From Candidatus Iainarchaeum sp. (GTDB taxonomy: Archaea > B1Sed10-29 > WALL01 > JAGHAM01), in contig JAGHAM010000036.1 in the NCBI GenBank assembly GCA_021161465.1, positions 13,512-77,511 of the forward strand: DNA of 64,000 nucleotides. Reading direction: 5' to 3'. Numbering within the stretch: position 1 is the stretch's first letter; every line of letters begins with the position of its first letter. Below, in pieces: positions 10,878 to 24,876 of this stretch. The notes under the pieces are model-generated. The model ran no database searches and was not told where the DNA came from. It saw only the letters and a program-made list of their open reading frames with translations. Position numbers and translations under genes: made by a program.

Positions 10878-11751
10878 CAAGTTCCCTCCCAGTTAACCTC
10901 TTGTATATATCCAGATATCTCCTGCTGGTTTCGGATACAACTTCCTCTGGCAGCTCTGGTGCAGGCGGCTCCCTGTTCCAACTGCTTTTCAACAAGTACT
11001 GCCTCAGATACTCTTTATCCAATGATTCTGGGGCGGTACCTAGTTCATACCTGTCCATTGGCCAGAACCGTGAGGAGTCAGGAGTCAGGAGTTCATCTAT
11101 GAGAATAAGCTCGCCATCAACCCTACCAAATTCAAACTTCGTGTCAGCTATTATTATACCTCTTTTTTCAGCGTATTCACTCGCCTTTAAGTATATCTCA
11201 ATACTTTTCTCCTTGAGTTCTTTAGCTGTTTCCTTTCCGACAATAGCCTCAAGCTGTTCCATGGAAATGTTCTCATCATGACCGGATGTAGCTTTCGTTG
11301 ATGGTGTGAAAAGGGGTTCTTCAAACTTTTCTGCCTCCTTCAAACCTTTTGGCAACTTAATCCCACATATCTCACCTGTCTTCTTGTAGCTCCTCCAACC
11401 AGAGCCAGCAAGGTACCCCCTAATTACACACTCAACTGGCAGGGGCTCGCTTTTCTTTACTATTATGCTCCTATTTCTTAGCTCGTCAAAACGGGCTTCT
11501 TGAGGAAACTTCTCAAAATCGGATTCCAGGATATGGTTGTTTATGACATCTTTCATTTTGTTAAACCAGAACAAAGATAACTGATTTAGGCATTTGCCCT
11601 TGTGTGGGATTCCCGTTGGAAATACAACATCAAAAGCCGATATCCTATCAGTAGCTATGAACAACAGGTTATCCCCTATTTCGTATATGTCCCTCACTTT
11701 GCCACGTTTCCACAACTTAAGCGGAATTTTTGTTTCAAGTAATACATCCAT
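10870..11751 (-). CDS. purC: SAICAR synthetase
   Basis: [35 protein letters not shown]. Confidence 0.96.
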   Translation of the reverse strand: MDVLLETKIPLKLWKRGKVRDIYEIGDNLLFIATDRISAFDVVFPTGIPHKGKCLNQLSLFWFNKMKDVINNHILESDFEKFPQEARFDELRNRSIIVKKSEPLPVECVIRGYLAGSGWRSYKKTGEICGIKLPKGLKEAEKFEEPLFTPSTKATSGHDENISMEQLEAIVGKETAKELKEKSIEIYLKASEYAEKRGIIIADTKFEFGRVDGELILIDELLTPDSSRFWPMDRYELGTAPESLDKEYLRQYLLKSSWNREPPAPELPEEVVSETSRRYLDIYKRLTGRELDV

Positions 11752-11761
11752 TTCATTCACC

Positions 11762-12511
11762 CTAAAACTTGCTTGCGTATTTAACAAACCCCCTGAAAAA
11801 CTGTAGGCCGTCGCCCTCTTCATTGATTTTTCCTCTCGTCCAGCTTGGGTGCATCCACCCATGGACAAACCTTTCTGGATGTGGCATCATTCCAAACACA
11901 TTACCTTCTGGATTGCTAACTCCTGCAATGTTTTCAACAGAGCCATTTGGATTCTCAACGTATTTAAACACTATTTGCTTGTTGGAGTTCATCTCTTTTA
12001 TGGTTTCCTTATCCACTATAAATCTTCCTTCTGCATGGGCAATTGGCAGGTATACCCCCTTTTTCACATCTTGTAGGAACTTGCAGGCATGGTTCTTTAC
12101 TGGCTTTAGGTGAACCCATTCATCCTTGAATACCCCGCTATCATTGAATGCAAGTGTGGCATCCTGTTTTATGAATGGCCCATCTATAGCAGGTAGCAGC
12201 CAAGATTTTACGAGGGCCTGGAAGCCATTGCATATGCCCATTATTGGCTTTCCCTCTTCTACGAAAGCCCTGACTTCATTACCCATAAGATATTTTATCT
12301 GGTTTGCTAGTATCACGCCTGCGGATATATCATCACCATGGGAGAATCCTCCAGGTATTATGAGGCCCTGGTAATCCTCTATGCCTTTCTGACCTTTCAT
12401 CAGCGCGTTTATGTGGACTAGTTCAGGCTCAGCACCAGCTAGCCTGAGGGCATTGGCTGTTTCCAGTTCGCAGTTTGTTCCCTCAACTCGAAGTACCAGC
12501 ACTTTTACCAT
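11762..12511 (-). CDS. purQ: FGAM synthase glutaminase subunit
   Basis: GTNCE, PGGFSHGD, GICNGFQ, AHAEG, MPHPER. Confidence 0.96.
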   Translation of the reverse strand: MVKVLVLRVEGTNCELETANALRLAGAEPELVHINALMKGQKGIEDYQGLIIPGGFSHGDDISAGVILANQIKYLMGNEVRAFVEEGKPIMGICNGFQALVKSWLLPAIDGPFIKQDATLAFNDSGVFKDEWVHLKPVKNHACKFLQDVKKGVYLPIAHAEGRFIVDKETIKEMNSNKQIVFKYVENPNGSVENIAGVSNPEGNVFGMMPHPERFVHGWMHPSWTRGKINEEGDGLQFFRGFVKYASKF

Positions 12512-14856
12512 TTGATAGTCCCACCCCATGCTCTTTTCAGTGAACTCAGCGCTTCGCTTACGACTACTCCTTTCGAGCCCCTGACAACAACTTTCTTTTG
12601 TTTTGTTACCTCACCAATTTTAGCAAAACTGTTTCCCCCCATGACAGCTTCAAAGTCTTTTGCATTCTTCTTGCTGACTTCTACTATGAATCTGCTGTTT
12701 GACTCTGAAAACAGTATTTTATCATCCGTTTTGATTCTCTCGCCCAACGGAACTTTCTTGAGGTTAATCTTTGCACCAAGGCCGCCCGCGAATCCCATCT
12801 CCGAAACAGCGACACCAATCCCACCCTCAGAGCAGTCGTGGCAGGAGGCGACTAATCCACGGTCCATAGCCTCTGTTAGCGCATCCATGGATTTTTTTGC
12901 TTCCTTAAGGTTTACAGTTGGAACTTTTCCACCTTTTGTGCCATTGACCATAAGGTAATGAGAGCCTCCCAGTTCATCGTAAGTCTTGCCAACTATGTAG
13001 ATGTAGTTCCCAGCCTTTTTGAGATCCATGGTGATAGCCGTTCTAACGTCAGGGATTATCCCAATGGCAGTTATTACAAGTGTGTGTGGAATTGAAATTG
13101 TTTTCCCCTTGTAGACATATTCATTATGCAGGCTGTCTTTTCCTGATATGAAAGGAGCACTGAATCCTTTTGCGCCGTCATAGCACGCGCGGCTTGCCTC
13201 GATGAGTGCACCCATAACTTCTGGTTTCTCTGGGTTGCCCCAGCTGAAATTATCAAGGAGTGCGATTCTCCTCCCTCCACAAGCTACGTTATTTCGCATG
13301 GCTTCATCTATGGCTGATAACGCCATGTTATAGGGGTCTTCCGAGTATTTAGAATTAAAGCCATTTGATACTACAATCCCTCTCCAACTATCGTATAGGG
13401 GTTTCAGCACGGTTGCATCGCCCGGACCAAAACCAACACCTTGAAGAGGCTTTACAATCGTCCTCCCCTGAACTTCATGGTCATACTGTCTTATGACCCA
13501 TTCTTTGCTTGCAACATTTGGAGATGCAAGGATTTTCTTAAGGTCTTCACCGAGTTTTTTCTTCCTTGGCAATTTAGGTATAACCTCCTTCGGCTTCTTC
13601 CATTTAGCGGTTCTTGCGATAGCTGGCGTGTCATGTAGGAATCCCGCGTCGAGCTCTCCAACTATTTCTTCATCATAGTAGAGAATTAGCCGCTTGTCTG
13701 CCCTGAACTCACCAATGAAAGTGGCCTCGCATCCTTCGTTTTCAAATATCTCTTTTATCCTTTCCTTGTTTTCTGGTGGAACAGCTAAAATCATCCTTTC
13801 CTGGGATTCAGAAATCCATATTTCCCATGGTTTAAGCCCGCTGTATTTCAGCGGCACCCTATCGAGGTGCACGTTTGCACCAAGATTCTTAGCCATTTCA
13901 CCTACAGCTGAAGACAGTCCACCTCCTCCGCAGTCAGTGACAGCACTGTATAATGGTCTGCTGCCGGCATCTCGGGCTTTAAGCAAGCCATCAAGAACGA
14001 CTTTTTCCTTTATGGGATTTCCTATCTGCACCGCTCCGCTGGAGGTTTCTTCAGAGCTATCCTCAAGCTCAACACTTGCGAAAGTTACACCATGAATGCC
14101 ATCCCTACCGGTTTTGCCGCCAACGAGCAGGATAAGGTCTTTTGGTTTGGGGTTATAGACATATCTTTCTATAGGCATTATCCCAATGCATCCTGCATAA
14201 ACCAGCGGGTTTCCCACATAACCATCGTCAAAGGCCACAGCGCCATTGGCAGTAGGTATGCCCATCCTATTGCCATAGTCTCTTATTCCAGCGACTGAGC
14301 CCTTAAACAGTCTTTTCGGGTGCATGGTTCCTGGTGGAAGCTTGTCATAAGGATAATCCAGCGGACCAAAGAATAACACATCAGTGGACAATATTGGCTT
14401 TGCACCAACACCCATTACATCCCTGAATACCCCTCCAGAGCCAGTTCCAGCTCCACCGTAAGGGTCTAATGCAGTTGGGTGGTTATGGGTTTCAACTTTA
14501 GCTGCTATTGCATACTTCCCATCAAAATCGATTATCCCTGCGTTGTCTTTGAAGACCGACAAGCACCAGGGGTGGTTTAACTCCTCAGTTGCTTTGAATA
14601 TGAAGCTTTTAAAGAGGCTCTCTATCTCGCCTTTTGGGGTTTTTATGGTGGCTTTGAACGTCTTGTGCACGCAGTGCTCAGACCATGTTTGTGCAATGGT
14701 CTCAAGCTCAATGTCAGTTGGGTTCCTCCCCATCCTTACATAGTATTCACGGATTTTTTTCATTTCATCTAAAGTCAGTGAGAGAAGCCCCTTCTTACTT
14801 AATTCCATGAGCTCCTCATCAGTTGCGTCAACTATGTTTATTTCCTTGGCAATCAT
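12505..14856 (-). CDS. purL: FGAM synthase synthetase subunit
   Basis: WSEHCVHK, ETHNHP, GRDGIHG, SESQER, QYDHEV, FSES. Confidence 0.97.
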   Translation of the reverse strand: MIAKEINIVDATDEELMELSKKGLLSLTLDEMKKIREYYVRMGRNPTDIELETIAQTWSEHCVHKTFKATIKTPKGEIESLFKSFIFKATEELNHPWCLSVFKDNAGIIDFDGKYAIAAKVETHNHPTALDPYGGAGTGSGGVFRDVMGVGAKPILSTDVLFFGPLDYPYDKLPPGTMHPKRLFKGSVAGIRDYGNRMGIPTANGAVAFDDGYVGNPLVYAGCIGIMPIERYVYNPKPKDLILLVGGKTGRDGIHGVTFASVELEDSSEETSSGAVQIGNPIKEKVVLDGLLKARDAGSRPLYSAVTDCGGGGLSSAVGEMAKNLGANVHLDRVPLKYSGLKPWEIWISESQERMILAVPPENKERIKEIFENEGCEATFIGEFRADKRLILYYDEEIVGELDAGFLHDTPAIARTAKWKKPKEVIPKLPRKKKLGEDLKKILASPNVASKEWVIRQYDHEVQGRTIVKPLQGVGFGPGDATVLKPLYDSWRGIVVSNGFNSKYSEDPYNMALSAIDEAMRNNVACGGRRIALLDNFSWGNPEKPEVMGALIEASRACYDGAKGFSAPFISGKDSLHNEYVYKGKTISIPHTLVITAIGIIPDVRTAITMDLKKAGNYIYIVGKTYDELGGSHYLMVNGTKGGKVPTVNLKEAKKSMDALTEAMDRGLVASCHDCSEGGIGVAVSEMGFAGGLGAKINLKKVPLGERIKTDDKILFSESNSRFIVEVSKKNAKDFEAVMGGNSFAKIGEVTKQKKVVVRGSKGVVVSEALSSLKRAWGGTIKW

Positions 14857-15324
14857 CTAGACCCTCACATATCGGTAATTATGAATTAGTGGGTTACAAA
14901 GGACCTTTTCGCAAACAGTCCTCAGTTCGCTCTCTGTTAACTTTCCTTTGATGATGTAACTGAATGCACTTTCAACACGTTCAACACCATGTATCCCAAT
15001 TAGTGCCATAGCTTTCATCGCGCTTTCCCCAACAGCATCGGTGACACCCGTTTTGCTTTTGACCTGAACCAGCCAAGCATTTTTTTCAGTTATGAGCTTA
15101 AGGCTATCTCCTTCATGCGTGTATGAGAAATCTTGTGTTATTGGGTCAACAAACAACTCTTTACATGCTCTTAGGATTTCTGGCTCGCCTACTGTCCCAT
15201 ATATGAAGTAGACATACATGGTTTCAACACGTTCTACATGGAGCCTAAGGTCATGTATCTCACCTTTTTTCATAATGCCTATTGGGTCATAATCAGGTCG
15301 TTTGTACGTTACACCAACTATCAA
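14857..15324 (-). CDS. purS: PurS-like protein with two tandem PurS domains
   Basis: Two repeats ending ELFVDPITQ and KVLCNPLIH; KTGVTDAVG; directly upstream of purL. Confidence 0.8.
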   Translation of the reverse strand: MIVGVTYKRPDYDPIGIMKKGEIHDLRLHVERVETMYVYFIYGTVGEPEILRACKELFVDPITQDFSYTHEGDSLKLITEKNAWLVQVKSKTGVTDAVGESAMKAMALIGIHGVERVESAFSYIIKGKLTESELRTVCEKVLCNPLIHNYRYVRV

Positions 15325-15336
15325 GAAAATTTCCCC

Positions 15337-16359
15337 CTAAAGCACCAATTCCTTGGTCTTGTATTTTACCACTATCTTTTTCTGCGGTATCACCTTGCCT
15401 ATTATCTCAGGACCAAATTCATCGCCAATCATATCAACACATCTCACCGCATCCTCACGATTTACCACTAGGGCAAAACCCCATCCAAGGTTGAATGTCT
15501 TGAACATCTCATCGTCAGCTATACCACCAATCTGCTGTATCAGTTCAAATATGGGCTGTGGATGAAAGTTGTCGAACTCAAACCCGACACCGAGTTTATG
15601 GAATTTCAGGTAAGCATCCCCTGTTATGTGGACAGCTCCTAAGACTTCTATTTCTTTCATGACTTTCATCACTGGTCTAACGTAAATTTTGGTTGGCTTG
15701 AGGACTTCATATATGAGCTCTTTGTCCAATGGCTCTGGCTTCTCAAAAGGGTCATACCTCCCACCCCACTCTTTGAATAAAACTTTCCTGACGAGACTTA
15801 TACCGTTGCTGTGGACACCAGAGCTTTTGAGTCCTATAACAACGTTACCTGGTTTTATCTTTGAGCCATCTACTATTTTCTCCTCTTTAACTTCTCCGAC
15901 GCAATCGCAGTTTATGTGATATTCAGCCTGCATCAGCTCGGGGACGTCAGCAGTCTCCCCACCTATCAATGGACACCCTGCTTCTGATGCCCCACTATTC
16001 AATCCTTTCAACAGTTCCCCAAAAAGCCCAGGCTCGCTTTTCTTTAGGTCGATTACATCTGTTATGGCAAGCGGTTCTGCACCGGAGCGTATGCAGTCAT
16101 TTGCGACCATAGCTACTGCATCTACACCAATAGTGTCGTGCTTCTCAGCAAGCTGGGCAAGCAGGACTTTCGTTCCAACACCATCTGACGTTTTTACCTG
16201 ATACCTACCATCACCAATAGGGTACAGAACGTTGAATGGCGTTTCAACAACAGGACCATACTTGCTGAATGAGTATGTTTCCTTTAACTCAACCAGATGC
16301 TTTTTTGCTTTCTCCCTTAACTTCCTGTCTACACCTGAATCAGAGTATGTTAAAGGCAT
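15337..16359 (-). CDS. purM: AIR synthetase
   Basis: [36 protein letters not shown]. Confidence 0.95.
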   Translation of the reverse strand: MPLTYSDSGVDRKLREKAKKHLVELKETYSFSKYGPVVETPFNVLYPIGDGRYQVKTSDGVGTKVLLAQLAEKHDTIGVDAVAMVANDCIRSGAEPLAITDVIDLKKSEPGLFGELLKGLNSGASEAGCPLIGGETADVPELMQAEYHINCDCVGEVKEEKIVDGSKIKPGNVVIGLKSSGVHSNGISLVRKVLFKEWGGRYDPFEKPEPLDKELIYEVLKPTKIYVRPVMKVMKEIEVLGAVHITGDAYLKFHKLGVGFEFDNFHPQPIFELIQQIGGIADDEMFKTFNLGWGFALVVNREDAVRCVDMIGDEFGPEIIGKVIPQKKIVVKYKTKELVL

Positions 16360-17690
16360 TTTTCCCACTTCCTCACGACTTCACGGGTTTTCTTCCTGGC
16401 AAGCCCTATGTAGTTCTCAGGTTTCATTATCTTGTCTAGCTCTTTTCTGCTTAGGTATTTCATGACAGTTTTATCCTTTGCCAGGACATCTTTCAATGGT
16501 ATGTCTTCCTTTAGGCTTTTCATGCTGGCTTTCCTCAGAAGTTCATGTGCTTCCTGCCTTTCAAGACCTTTAGCCGCTAGCAGGGTGGTTACTGCTTCAG
16601 CCATTATTCTGCCTTTGGTCAAGTCAAGGTTCTCCTTCATCTTCTCTGGGAATACTTGAAGGTTGTTTAGTACTCTTATCATACGGTCGGTCATGTCATC
16701 TAACAGCAGGAAGACTGTTGGGAACACCGAGCGCTCGGCGGCAGAGTTAGTCAAATCCCTCTCATGCTCAAGTGCAATATTCTCCAGGGCCGGCAGGACA
16801 CAGGAACGCACCACACGGGCGTTGCTGCATACGTTCTCACAGTTTATTGGGTTTCTCTTTTGTGGCATGGCTGAGCTACCAACCTGCTCTTTTCCGAACC
16901 CCTCACTTACTTCAGCGATTTCCGTTCGCTGCAGGTTCCTAATCTCCTTCGCGATTTGTTCCAGTGTGCCAGCCATTATTGCCATGTCAGAAACCAACAT
17001 TGCAATGTCCTCTCTTGGAACAACCTGCGTGCTTATTTCTGCTGCATCCAGGTCAAGCCTCTTCATTATTTTCCTCTCTATGCCAGCAACCCCAAACAGT
17101 TTTTGGGCAGCGTAAGTTCCGGTTGCCCCAGAGAATTTCCCCCTAAGGGAGAAGTAGTCACTCAGCAGGTTGTGCAAGTCATATCCAACTTTGTCAACGT
17201 AGTTGGCAAGCTTGAAACCAAAAGTTATTGGTGTCGCATGTTGACCATGGGTCCTACCCACCATCGCCGTGTTTTCATACTTTAGTGACAGGTCCATAAG
17301 CACCCTCATAAGGACTCTCCCTTTCTCCAGGAGGATAGTCAAGCCCTCCTTTAGCTGGAGAGCCAGGGCGGTGTCAACTATGTCATAGCTGGTTGCAGTT
17401 AAGTGAACATATCTTGCGGTTTTAGGTGAGCACTGTTCCGACAGAGCCTTCACCATTGCCATCACATCGTGTTTTGTCTTGCGCTCTATTTCCTTCACCC
17501 GCTCAAGCTTCACATTCTTTGCTTTTACTCTGATTTCCTTGGCAGCTGTTTTTGGTGCTTTTCCCATATCAGCAAGGGCTTCCACCAGCGCGACTTCAAC
17601 ATCCAGCATTCTCTTAAGTCTGGTTTCCTCGTCGAATACCCTTCTCATCTCTTCGGAGCCGTAACGATAGTCTATTGGATGAACACTCAT
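16350..17690 (-). CDS. purB: Adenylosuccinate lyase
   Basis: [34 protein letters not shown]. Confidence 0.96.
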   Translation of the reverse strand: MSVHPIDYRYGSEEMRRVFDEETRLKRMLDVEVALVEALADMGKAPKTAAKEIRVKAKNVKLERVKEIERKTKHDVMAMVKALSEQCSPKTARYVHLTATSYDIVDTALALQLKEGLTILLEKGRVLMRVLMDLSLKYENTAMVGRTHGQHATPITFGFKLANYVDKVGYDLHNLLSDYFSLRGKFSGATGTYAAQKLFGVAGIERKIMKRLDLDAAEISTQVVPREDIAMLVSDMAIMAGTLEQIAKEIRNLQRTEIAEVSEGFGKEQVGSSAMPQKRNPINCENVCSNARVVRSCVLPALENIALEHERDLTNSAAERSVFPTVFLLLDDMTDRMIRVLNNLQVFPEKMKENLDLTKGRIMAEAVTTLLAAKGLERQEAHELLRKASMKSLKEDIPLKDVLAKDKTVMKYLSRKELDKIMKPENYIGLARKKTREVVRKWEKCL

Positions 17691-18154
17691 TTTCTCACCT
17701 TCTCGTCAGACTTCTCAACCTTCTCTCGCATCTTCGCGCGATAGTCTTCCAACTTCTCCCTCAGCTCGGGATGCTTTAAAGCCAAGATTTCTACAGCAAG
17801 TAACGCTGCGTTATCGCCTCGATCAACACCAACGGTAGCTACCGGTATCCCTGGCGGCATCTGCATTATTGACAACAATGCGTCCAATCCCTCTAACTTT
17901 GCATTCACAGGGACACCAATTACAGGCTTCGTCGTATGAGCTGCAACTACTCCAGGTAGAGCAGCAGCAAGCCCAGCGATTGCTATAAAAACATTAGCGT
18001 CAGATTCCTTTACAATCTTTTCAAGTTTTTCCGGAGTCCTATGCGCGGACGCCACCCTTATCTCATTTGAAATTTCAAAAGCGTTTAAAACAGAGATGCA
18101 TTTGTCTGCTACGGGTTTGTCCGACTCCGAACCAAGAATAATAAGAACTTTCAT
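17687..18154 (-). CDS. purE: N5-CAIR mutase / AIR carboxylase
   Basis: [30 protein letters not shown]. Confidence 0.96.
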   Translation of the reverse strand: MKVLIILGSESDKPVADKCISVLNAFEISNEIRVASAHRTPEKLEKIVKESDANVFIAIAGLAAALPGVVAAHTTKPVIGVPVNAKLEGLDALLSIMQMPPGIPVATVGVDRGDNAALLAVEILALKHPELREKLEDYRAKMREKVEKSDEKVRK

Positions 18155-18303
18155 CAAATCCCCCACAGGTTTTGTTATAGTGCCTAGGGTTTTTATAATT
18201 TTGTTTGTGGTTAGTTGGCATAGTCCCAAAACGAGTGGAAGCGCCTTAGGGCGGTGGAAAACGGGTTTAGTTGATACAACTGACGGGTTAAGGATAAAGG
18301 CAA

Positions 18304-19566
18304 TTAGTGAGGCACTTTTCTTCCCTTTGTTTTGAAACCATGTTTGGATAAGTTCCTCAATCGTTTTATTGGGCAGTAACTATCGCACATTGAACAAGGG
18401 TTTTCATTCGTTAGCCTGTATCTCTCAAGCTTTGATGGGTCTATGGCATACTTGTGTTGTACGCTCCAGTTTAGTTCAGAGCGCGCTTTTGACATACTGT
18501 GGTCCTTGCCTATATCTATACCCCTAGTTATATCAGCAGCGTGGGCAGCTATCTTTGATGCCACCACACCAAGCCTAACGTCATCTTTTCCAGGCAAACC
18601 CATATGCTCTGATGGGGTTACGTAGCAAAGGAAGTCGGCACCATAGAATGCGGCTAAGGCACCGCCAATAGCCCCAACAATGTGGTCGTAGCCGACACCT
18701 ATGTCAGTCACCAGCGGGCCTAAAACATAGAAAGGCGCGCCTGAACACAGTTTTTTCTCAAGTGCAACATTCTTTTCTATACCATCTAATGGTATGTGCC
18801 CCGGCCCTTCCACCATGGTTTGTACACTAGCTTTTCTGGCTCTTTTCACAAGCTTCCCAAGTATTTCAAGCTCTTTCAGCTGTGCTTTGTCAGTTGCATC
18901 GTATATCGCGCCAGGCCTTAGCCCATCACCAAGACTCAATGTGGCGTCATACTTCTTTGCCAACTCTAAAAGATAGTCAAAGTTCTCGTAAAGAGGGTTC
19001 TCCTCGCCAGTTTTTAGTATATACTCTGCTATAAGCCCCCCTCCTCTACTGACAACAGGAATCATCCTCTTATTCCTCTTTAAAACACCAACACTTTCTT
19101 TAGTTACACCACAATGAACCGTTACAAAATCAACGCCATCTTTAAGGTGCCTCTCAACAGCCTTGAAGACACAGTCTTCGCTTATGCTCCTACAGTCATA
19201 GACGGGAACAGTCCCTAACGGGGCTTTAACTGACTTTATCACAGCCTTCCTGGTCTTACGCGCTTTTGAACCAATGCTTAAGTCCATGATTGTATCGGCG
19301 CCATAGGACACTGCCGTTAATGCTTTTTTCACCTCGGTTGCAGTGTTGCTGCGCGTTTCTGAAACGCCAATGTTGGCATTGACTTTCACCCGCAGGCCTT
19401 TCCCCACCCCTACAACAGGGATATCTCTCACTACGTTCTTTAAAACAACAATCCTACCAGCAGCTATTTCCTTCTTTAGGAATTTGCGAGTAACTCCTTC
19501 TTTTTTTGCCAGCTCGTTGACCTCAGGGCTAGTCTGCCCTCTCTTTGCCTCAACCATTTGTAGCAT
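18304..19566 (-). CDS. thiC: Phosphomethylpyrimidine (HMP-P) synthase
   Basis: [34 protein letters not shown]-terminal CSMCxxxC. Confidence 0.93.
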   Translation of the reverse strand: MLQMVEAKRGQTSPEVNELAKKEGVTRKFLKKEIAAGRIVVLKNVVRDIPVVGVGKGLRVKVNANIGVSETRSNTATEVKKALTAVSYGADTIMDLSIGSKARKTRKAVIKSVKAPLGTVPVYDCRSISEDCVFKAVERHLKDGVDFVTVHCGVTKESVGVLKRNKRMIPVVSRGGGLIAEYILKTGEENPLYENFDYLLELAKKYDATLSLGDGLRPGAIYDATDKAQLKELEILGKLVKRARKASVQTMVEGPGHIPLDGIEKNVALEKKLCSGAPFYVLGPLVTDIGVGYDHIVGAIGGALAAFYGADFLCYVTPSEHMGLPGKDDVRLGVVASKIAAHAADITRGIDIGKDHSMSKARSELNWSVQHKYAIDPSKLERYRLTNENPCSMCDSYCPIKRLRNLSKHGFKTKGRKVPH

Positions 19567-19580
19567 TAGCTCACCCCTAA

Positions 19581-21836
<2,256 letters not shown>

Positions 21837-21840
<4 letters not shown>

Positions 21841-23096
21841 AGAACCAACAGACTAGCATATAATGCAATGCTGAAGACCGTTGCACCCGCCAACATATCC
21901 AGGAAAGAGTCCTTGATGATTTCAAGTGCTTTGTAAAACCACATTAAAGGTATTGCCCCAAACAAAAGCTCACTTAACGAAGCGGCAGCAAACCCAACCA
22001 CAACCATGTCAGCAGTTATGGCCTTGGTGCTACCCAGTATAGCCAATGAGGCAACCGTCGAGGCGCCGCTTACTAGGCCGCCAAGTATTATCGTAGGTAT
22101 GAATGCATCCGGGAAATAATGCGTGAATAGCTCGATTATGATTATCATGAGAAATAACTTTATCGAAAGCCCAATGGCGTGCATCACGTCGAAAGGAGAC
22201 TTAATCTTTAGCACTGTTTTTTTAGAGCTTCTCAACCTCCTGTAACCTAGCAGGGCAAGTGCAAAAAAGCCCAGGAAGGCAGCCGGGGAGAGTTTTACAA
22301 TCAGCACAGGCATGAATACGCCCACTAGAGCTAGGTTCCTCAGCAGAATTGAAGCGTTCAATGTTATCAGCGACCCCCCAACAAGATTTATATCCTTGGT
22401 TTTCTTGTAGATTTGGATTAACGGGCTGCAGCTTGCCTTCTGGCTTATTAGCCCCCCCAGGAAACCAATCAGTTCGACACATTTCCTTGCGGTTAGTAGT
22501 CTTGAGCCTATGAAGCCGACTAGGTTTATGATTGAGATTAACACAACCAGCAGCCACAACGAACGTAGGTCAAGACTTATGCCAGCGAAGTTGATTGGTG
22601 CTAGGGGTATGAATGGGTAAACTATGCCAATGACCACCATGAACTCAATAAGGTCCAGCATCTCCTTCTGGGTTAAGTGCCTGACTACTCTGTGGAGTTT
22701 CTCCCTTGCGAATAAGATTAAAACAACGATGACCGCTATGAAAACTGCTTCCGCATAACAGTTTATGGAAACGAGGGCACCCATGGCATATGCTAGTAGA
22801 AGCGATATTGTTGTTGTCAGGCCTATCTCCTGAAACTTAAATAGGTTGCCGATATAGAGAGCCAGAGCTAGAAGCCCAATAGCAAGAAAGCCAAGTACAG
22901 GCAGGTAATCAGCACTCATCAGTTCCGGTCCAGCTAGAATGCCTAGGACGCATCCAAGGAGGGAGATAAGCGAGAAGGTTCTAAGCCCAGCTATCTCCTG
23001 GTGTTTTGAATGCTCCCTTTCGAGCCCCATCAGCGCGCCTATCAATGTTGCCAGGACTATCTTTTGGGTAAATTCAAGTCCGATTAGAAAATCCAT
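21837..23096 (-). CDS. MgtC/SapB family membrane protein with DUF4010 domain
   Basis: GALMGLERE..AGLRTF, GLTT; many TM helices. Confidence 0.85.
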
Positions 23097-23100
23097 TCAA

Positions 23101-23865
23101 TCACTGTTTCGCGTTTTTGATTGCGTTCTTGAATTTTTGTACAGTTTCCTTAACGTTTTTGTTCCCTTCCATCAGCGTACCTATCTGGATTGCATTAGCT
23201 CCTGCCTTCACTATGTTTTTAGCTTCATCAAGTTTTCTTATTCCACCGCCAACTATGTAGGGAACATCTATGGTCTCTGCCACTGCCTTCACCATCTCAA
23301 TTGGCATTGGCCCCTGTGGGCTTGCCGAGCCGCAATCAGTTAGTATGAACCTGTTTCCCATATACTGGCCAGCCAGGGCGAGGGCAGCGGCTATGTTTGG
23401 TCTCCAGCGTGGGACCAGATTGGCATTTCCAACCCACCCAACGCTTCCACCTGGCTCTATTACTATGTAGCCAGTTGGTAATGGCTCAAGGCCATAACTC
23501 TTTATCACAGGCGCGCTTATGGTCTGGGCTGTGGATAACCAGTAAGGGTCACGCGAGTTGAGCATAGTCATAAAGTAAATGGAGTCTGCATGCTTTGTTA
23601 TGGTTGCAACGTTTCCAGGGAACAGGTTTATCGGCACGTTTACGTTTTCCCGTATAAGCTTGGTTGTTGTGTCAAGTAACTCACCCTGTGCACCTATGCT
23701 ACCCCCAACAAGGATGAGGTCCGCCCCGCCCTCAACACTTTCTTTCGCAACCTGTGCAGCGACATCCGGGCTAGGATGGTCACACGGGTCGATTAAAATC
23801 ATGAGCATGCCTTCTCCCCGTTCTTTGTAGTCACCTATGTAACGCTCCACTTTGCCTGGTTTCAT
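23101..23865 (-). CDS. Geranylgeranylglyceryl phosphate synthase
   Basis: LIDP, LVGGS, LFPG, LNSRDPYW, VGGGIR; archaeal ether lipid pathway. Confidence 0.92.
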   Translation of the reverse strand: MKPGKVERYIGDYKERGEGMLMILIDPCDHPSPDVAAQVAKESVEGGADLILVGGSIGAQGELLDTTTKLIRENVNVPINLFPGNVATITKHADSIYFMTMLNSRDPYWLSTAQTISAPVIKSYGLEPLPTGYIVIEPGGSVGWVGNANLVPRWRPNIAAALALAGQYMGNRFILTDCGSASPQGPMPIEMVKAVAETIDVPYIVGGGIRKLDEAKNIVKAGANAIQIGTLMEGNKNVKETVQKFKNAIKNAKQ

Positions 23866-23918
23866 CAAATTCACCTTCTCAGCATAACTTTATATTTGAC
23901 CCATTAATATACTTAATC

Positions 23919-24854
23919 TTGATGAGAATACTTGTTACTGGGGCGGATGGTTTCGTTGGTTCACGCCTAGTTAAGAAGCTTTCTGAGAACCACTCAGTCC
24001 TGGCATTTTCCCGGTCCAAAAAGGAAATACCGGGCGCGAAACAGGTAATAGTTGGGGATGTCTTGAAAGATCTGTCTGGCCTTAGGAAAAAGCATTTCGA
24101 TGTAGTTTACCATCTGGCGGCTGTTCTGGATGAGTCTAATCCAGAGCTGTGGAGCGTGAACGTTGAGGGGACGCGCAACCTGCTTGAGCTGTGTAAGAAT
24201 AGAAACGTAGAGAGGTTTGTGTACACAAGTTCAATAGGTGTTCTTGGCGAAACTAAAGAGCCCGCAGAGGAGGATTTCCCATACAACCCACAAACGAAAT
24301 ATGAGAAATCAAAGGCGGAAGCAGAGCGACTGGTCATGGACTACAGGCTAAAGTATAGGATACCTTATACTATCGTGCGCTCGACGATAGTTTATGGTCC
24401 AAACAGTTTCTGGAAGCAGATTTTTGAGGCAGCGAGGGAAGGCTATCCAATCATAGGGAGTGGGAGCAATTATTTCCATTTAGTATACGTGGACGATTTT
24501 GTTGATGCATTGGTTGCTGTTTTGGACCTGAGGGCGCAGAACCAGATATACCACGTGGCAGGGCCGGATGTTTACTCCTACAAAGAAACATACCATATGA
24601 TAGCTAAGGCCCTTGGAGCCAAGGCGCCAGACAAGCATGTCCCAGTTAGTCTGGCAAAAGCGATGGCGCTAGCCCATGAAACTAGGGCGAAGCTGCAAAG
24701 AGAAAAGCCTAAGCTGACGATGATGAGGGCGAGCATAGCCCGGTTGGTTAGGAACAGGATAGTGAGCACAAAAAAAATAGAGAAAGAGTTGGGCTTCAAG
24801 CCAAACTACCCATTAGAGAAAGGCTTGAAGAAGACTGTGCAGGAACTATTATAA
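23919..24854 (+). CDS. NAD-dependent epimerase/dehydratase (extended SDR)
   Basis: TGADGFVG, HLAA, YEKSK (YxxxK), VYGP. Confidence 0.9.
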   Translation: MMRILVTGADGFVGSRLVKKLSENHSVLAFSRSKKEIPGAKQVIVGDVLKDLSGLRKKHFDVVYHLAAVLDESNPELWSVNVEGTRNLLELCKNRNVERFVYTSSIGVLGETKEPAEEDFPYNPQTKYEKSKAEAERLVMDYRLKYRIPYTIVRSTIVYGPNSFWKQIFEAAREGYPIIGSGSNYFHLVYVDDFVDALVAVLDLRAQNQIYHVAGPDVYSYKETYHMIAKALGAKAPDKHVPVSLAKAMALAHETRAKLQREKPKLTMMRASIARLVRNRIVSTKKIEKELGFKPNYPLEKGLKKTVQELL

Positions 24855-24876
24855 CCCTCCTTGGCCATAAAGTTTA

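Noticed and set aside
18230-18270. GTGGAAA-like motifs (and GTTCC near 28721 and 28765) as ORB replication origin boxes
   Set aside because: Only partial matches, no full ORB consensus and no cdc6/orc1 nearby.
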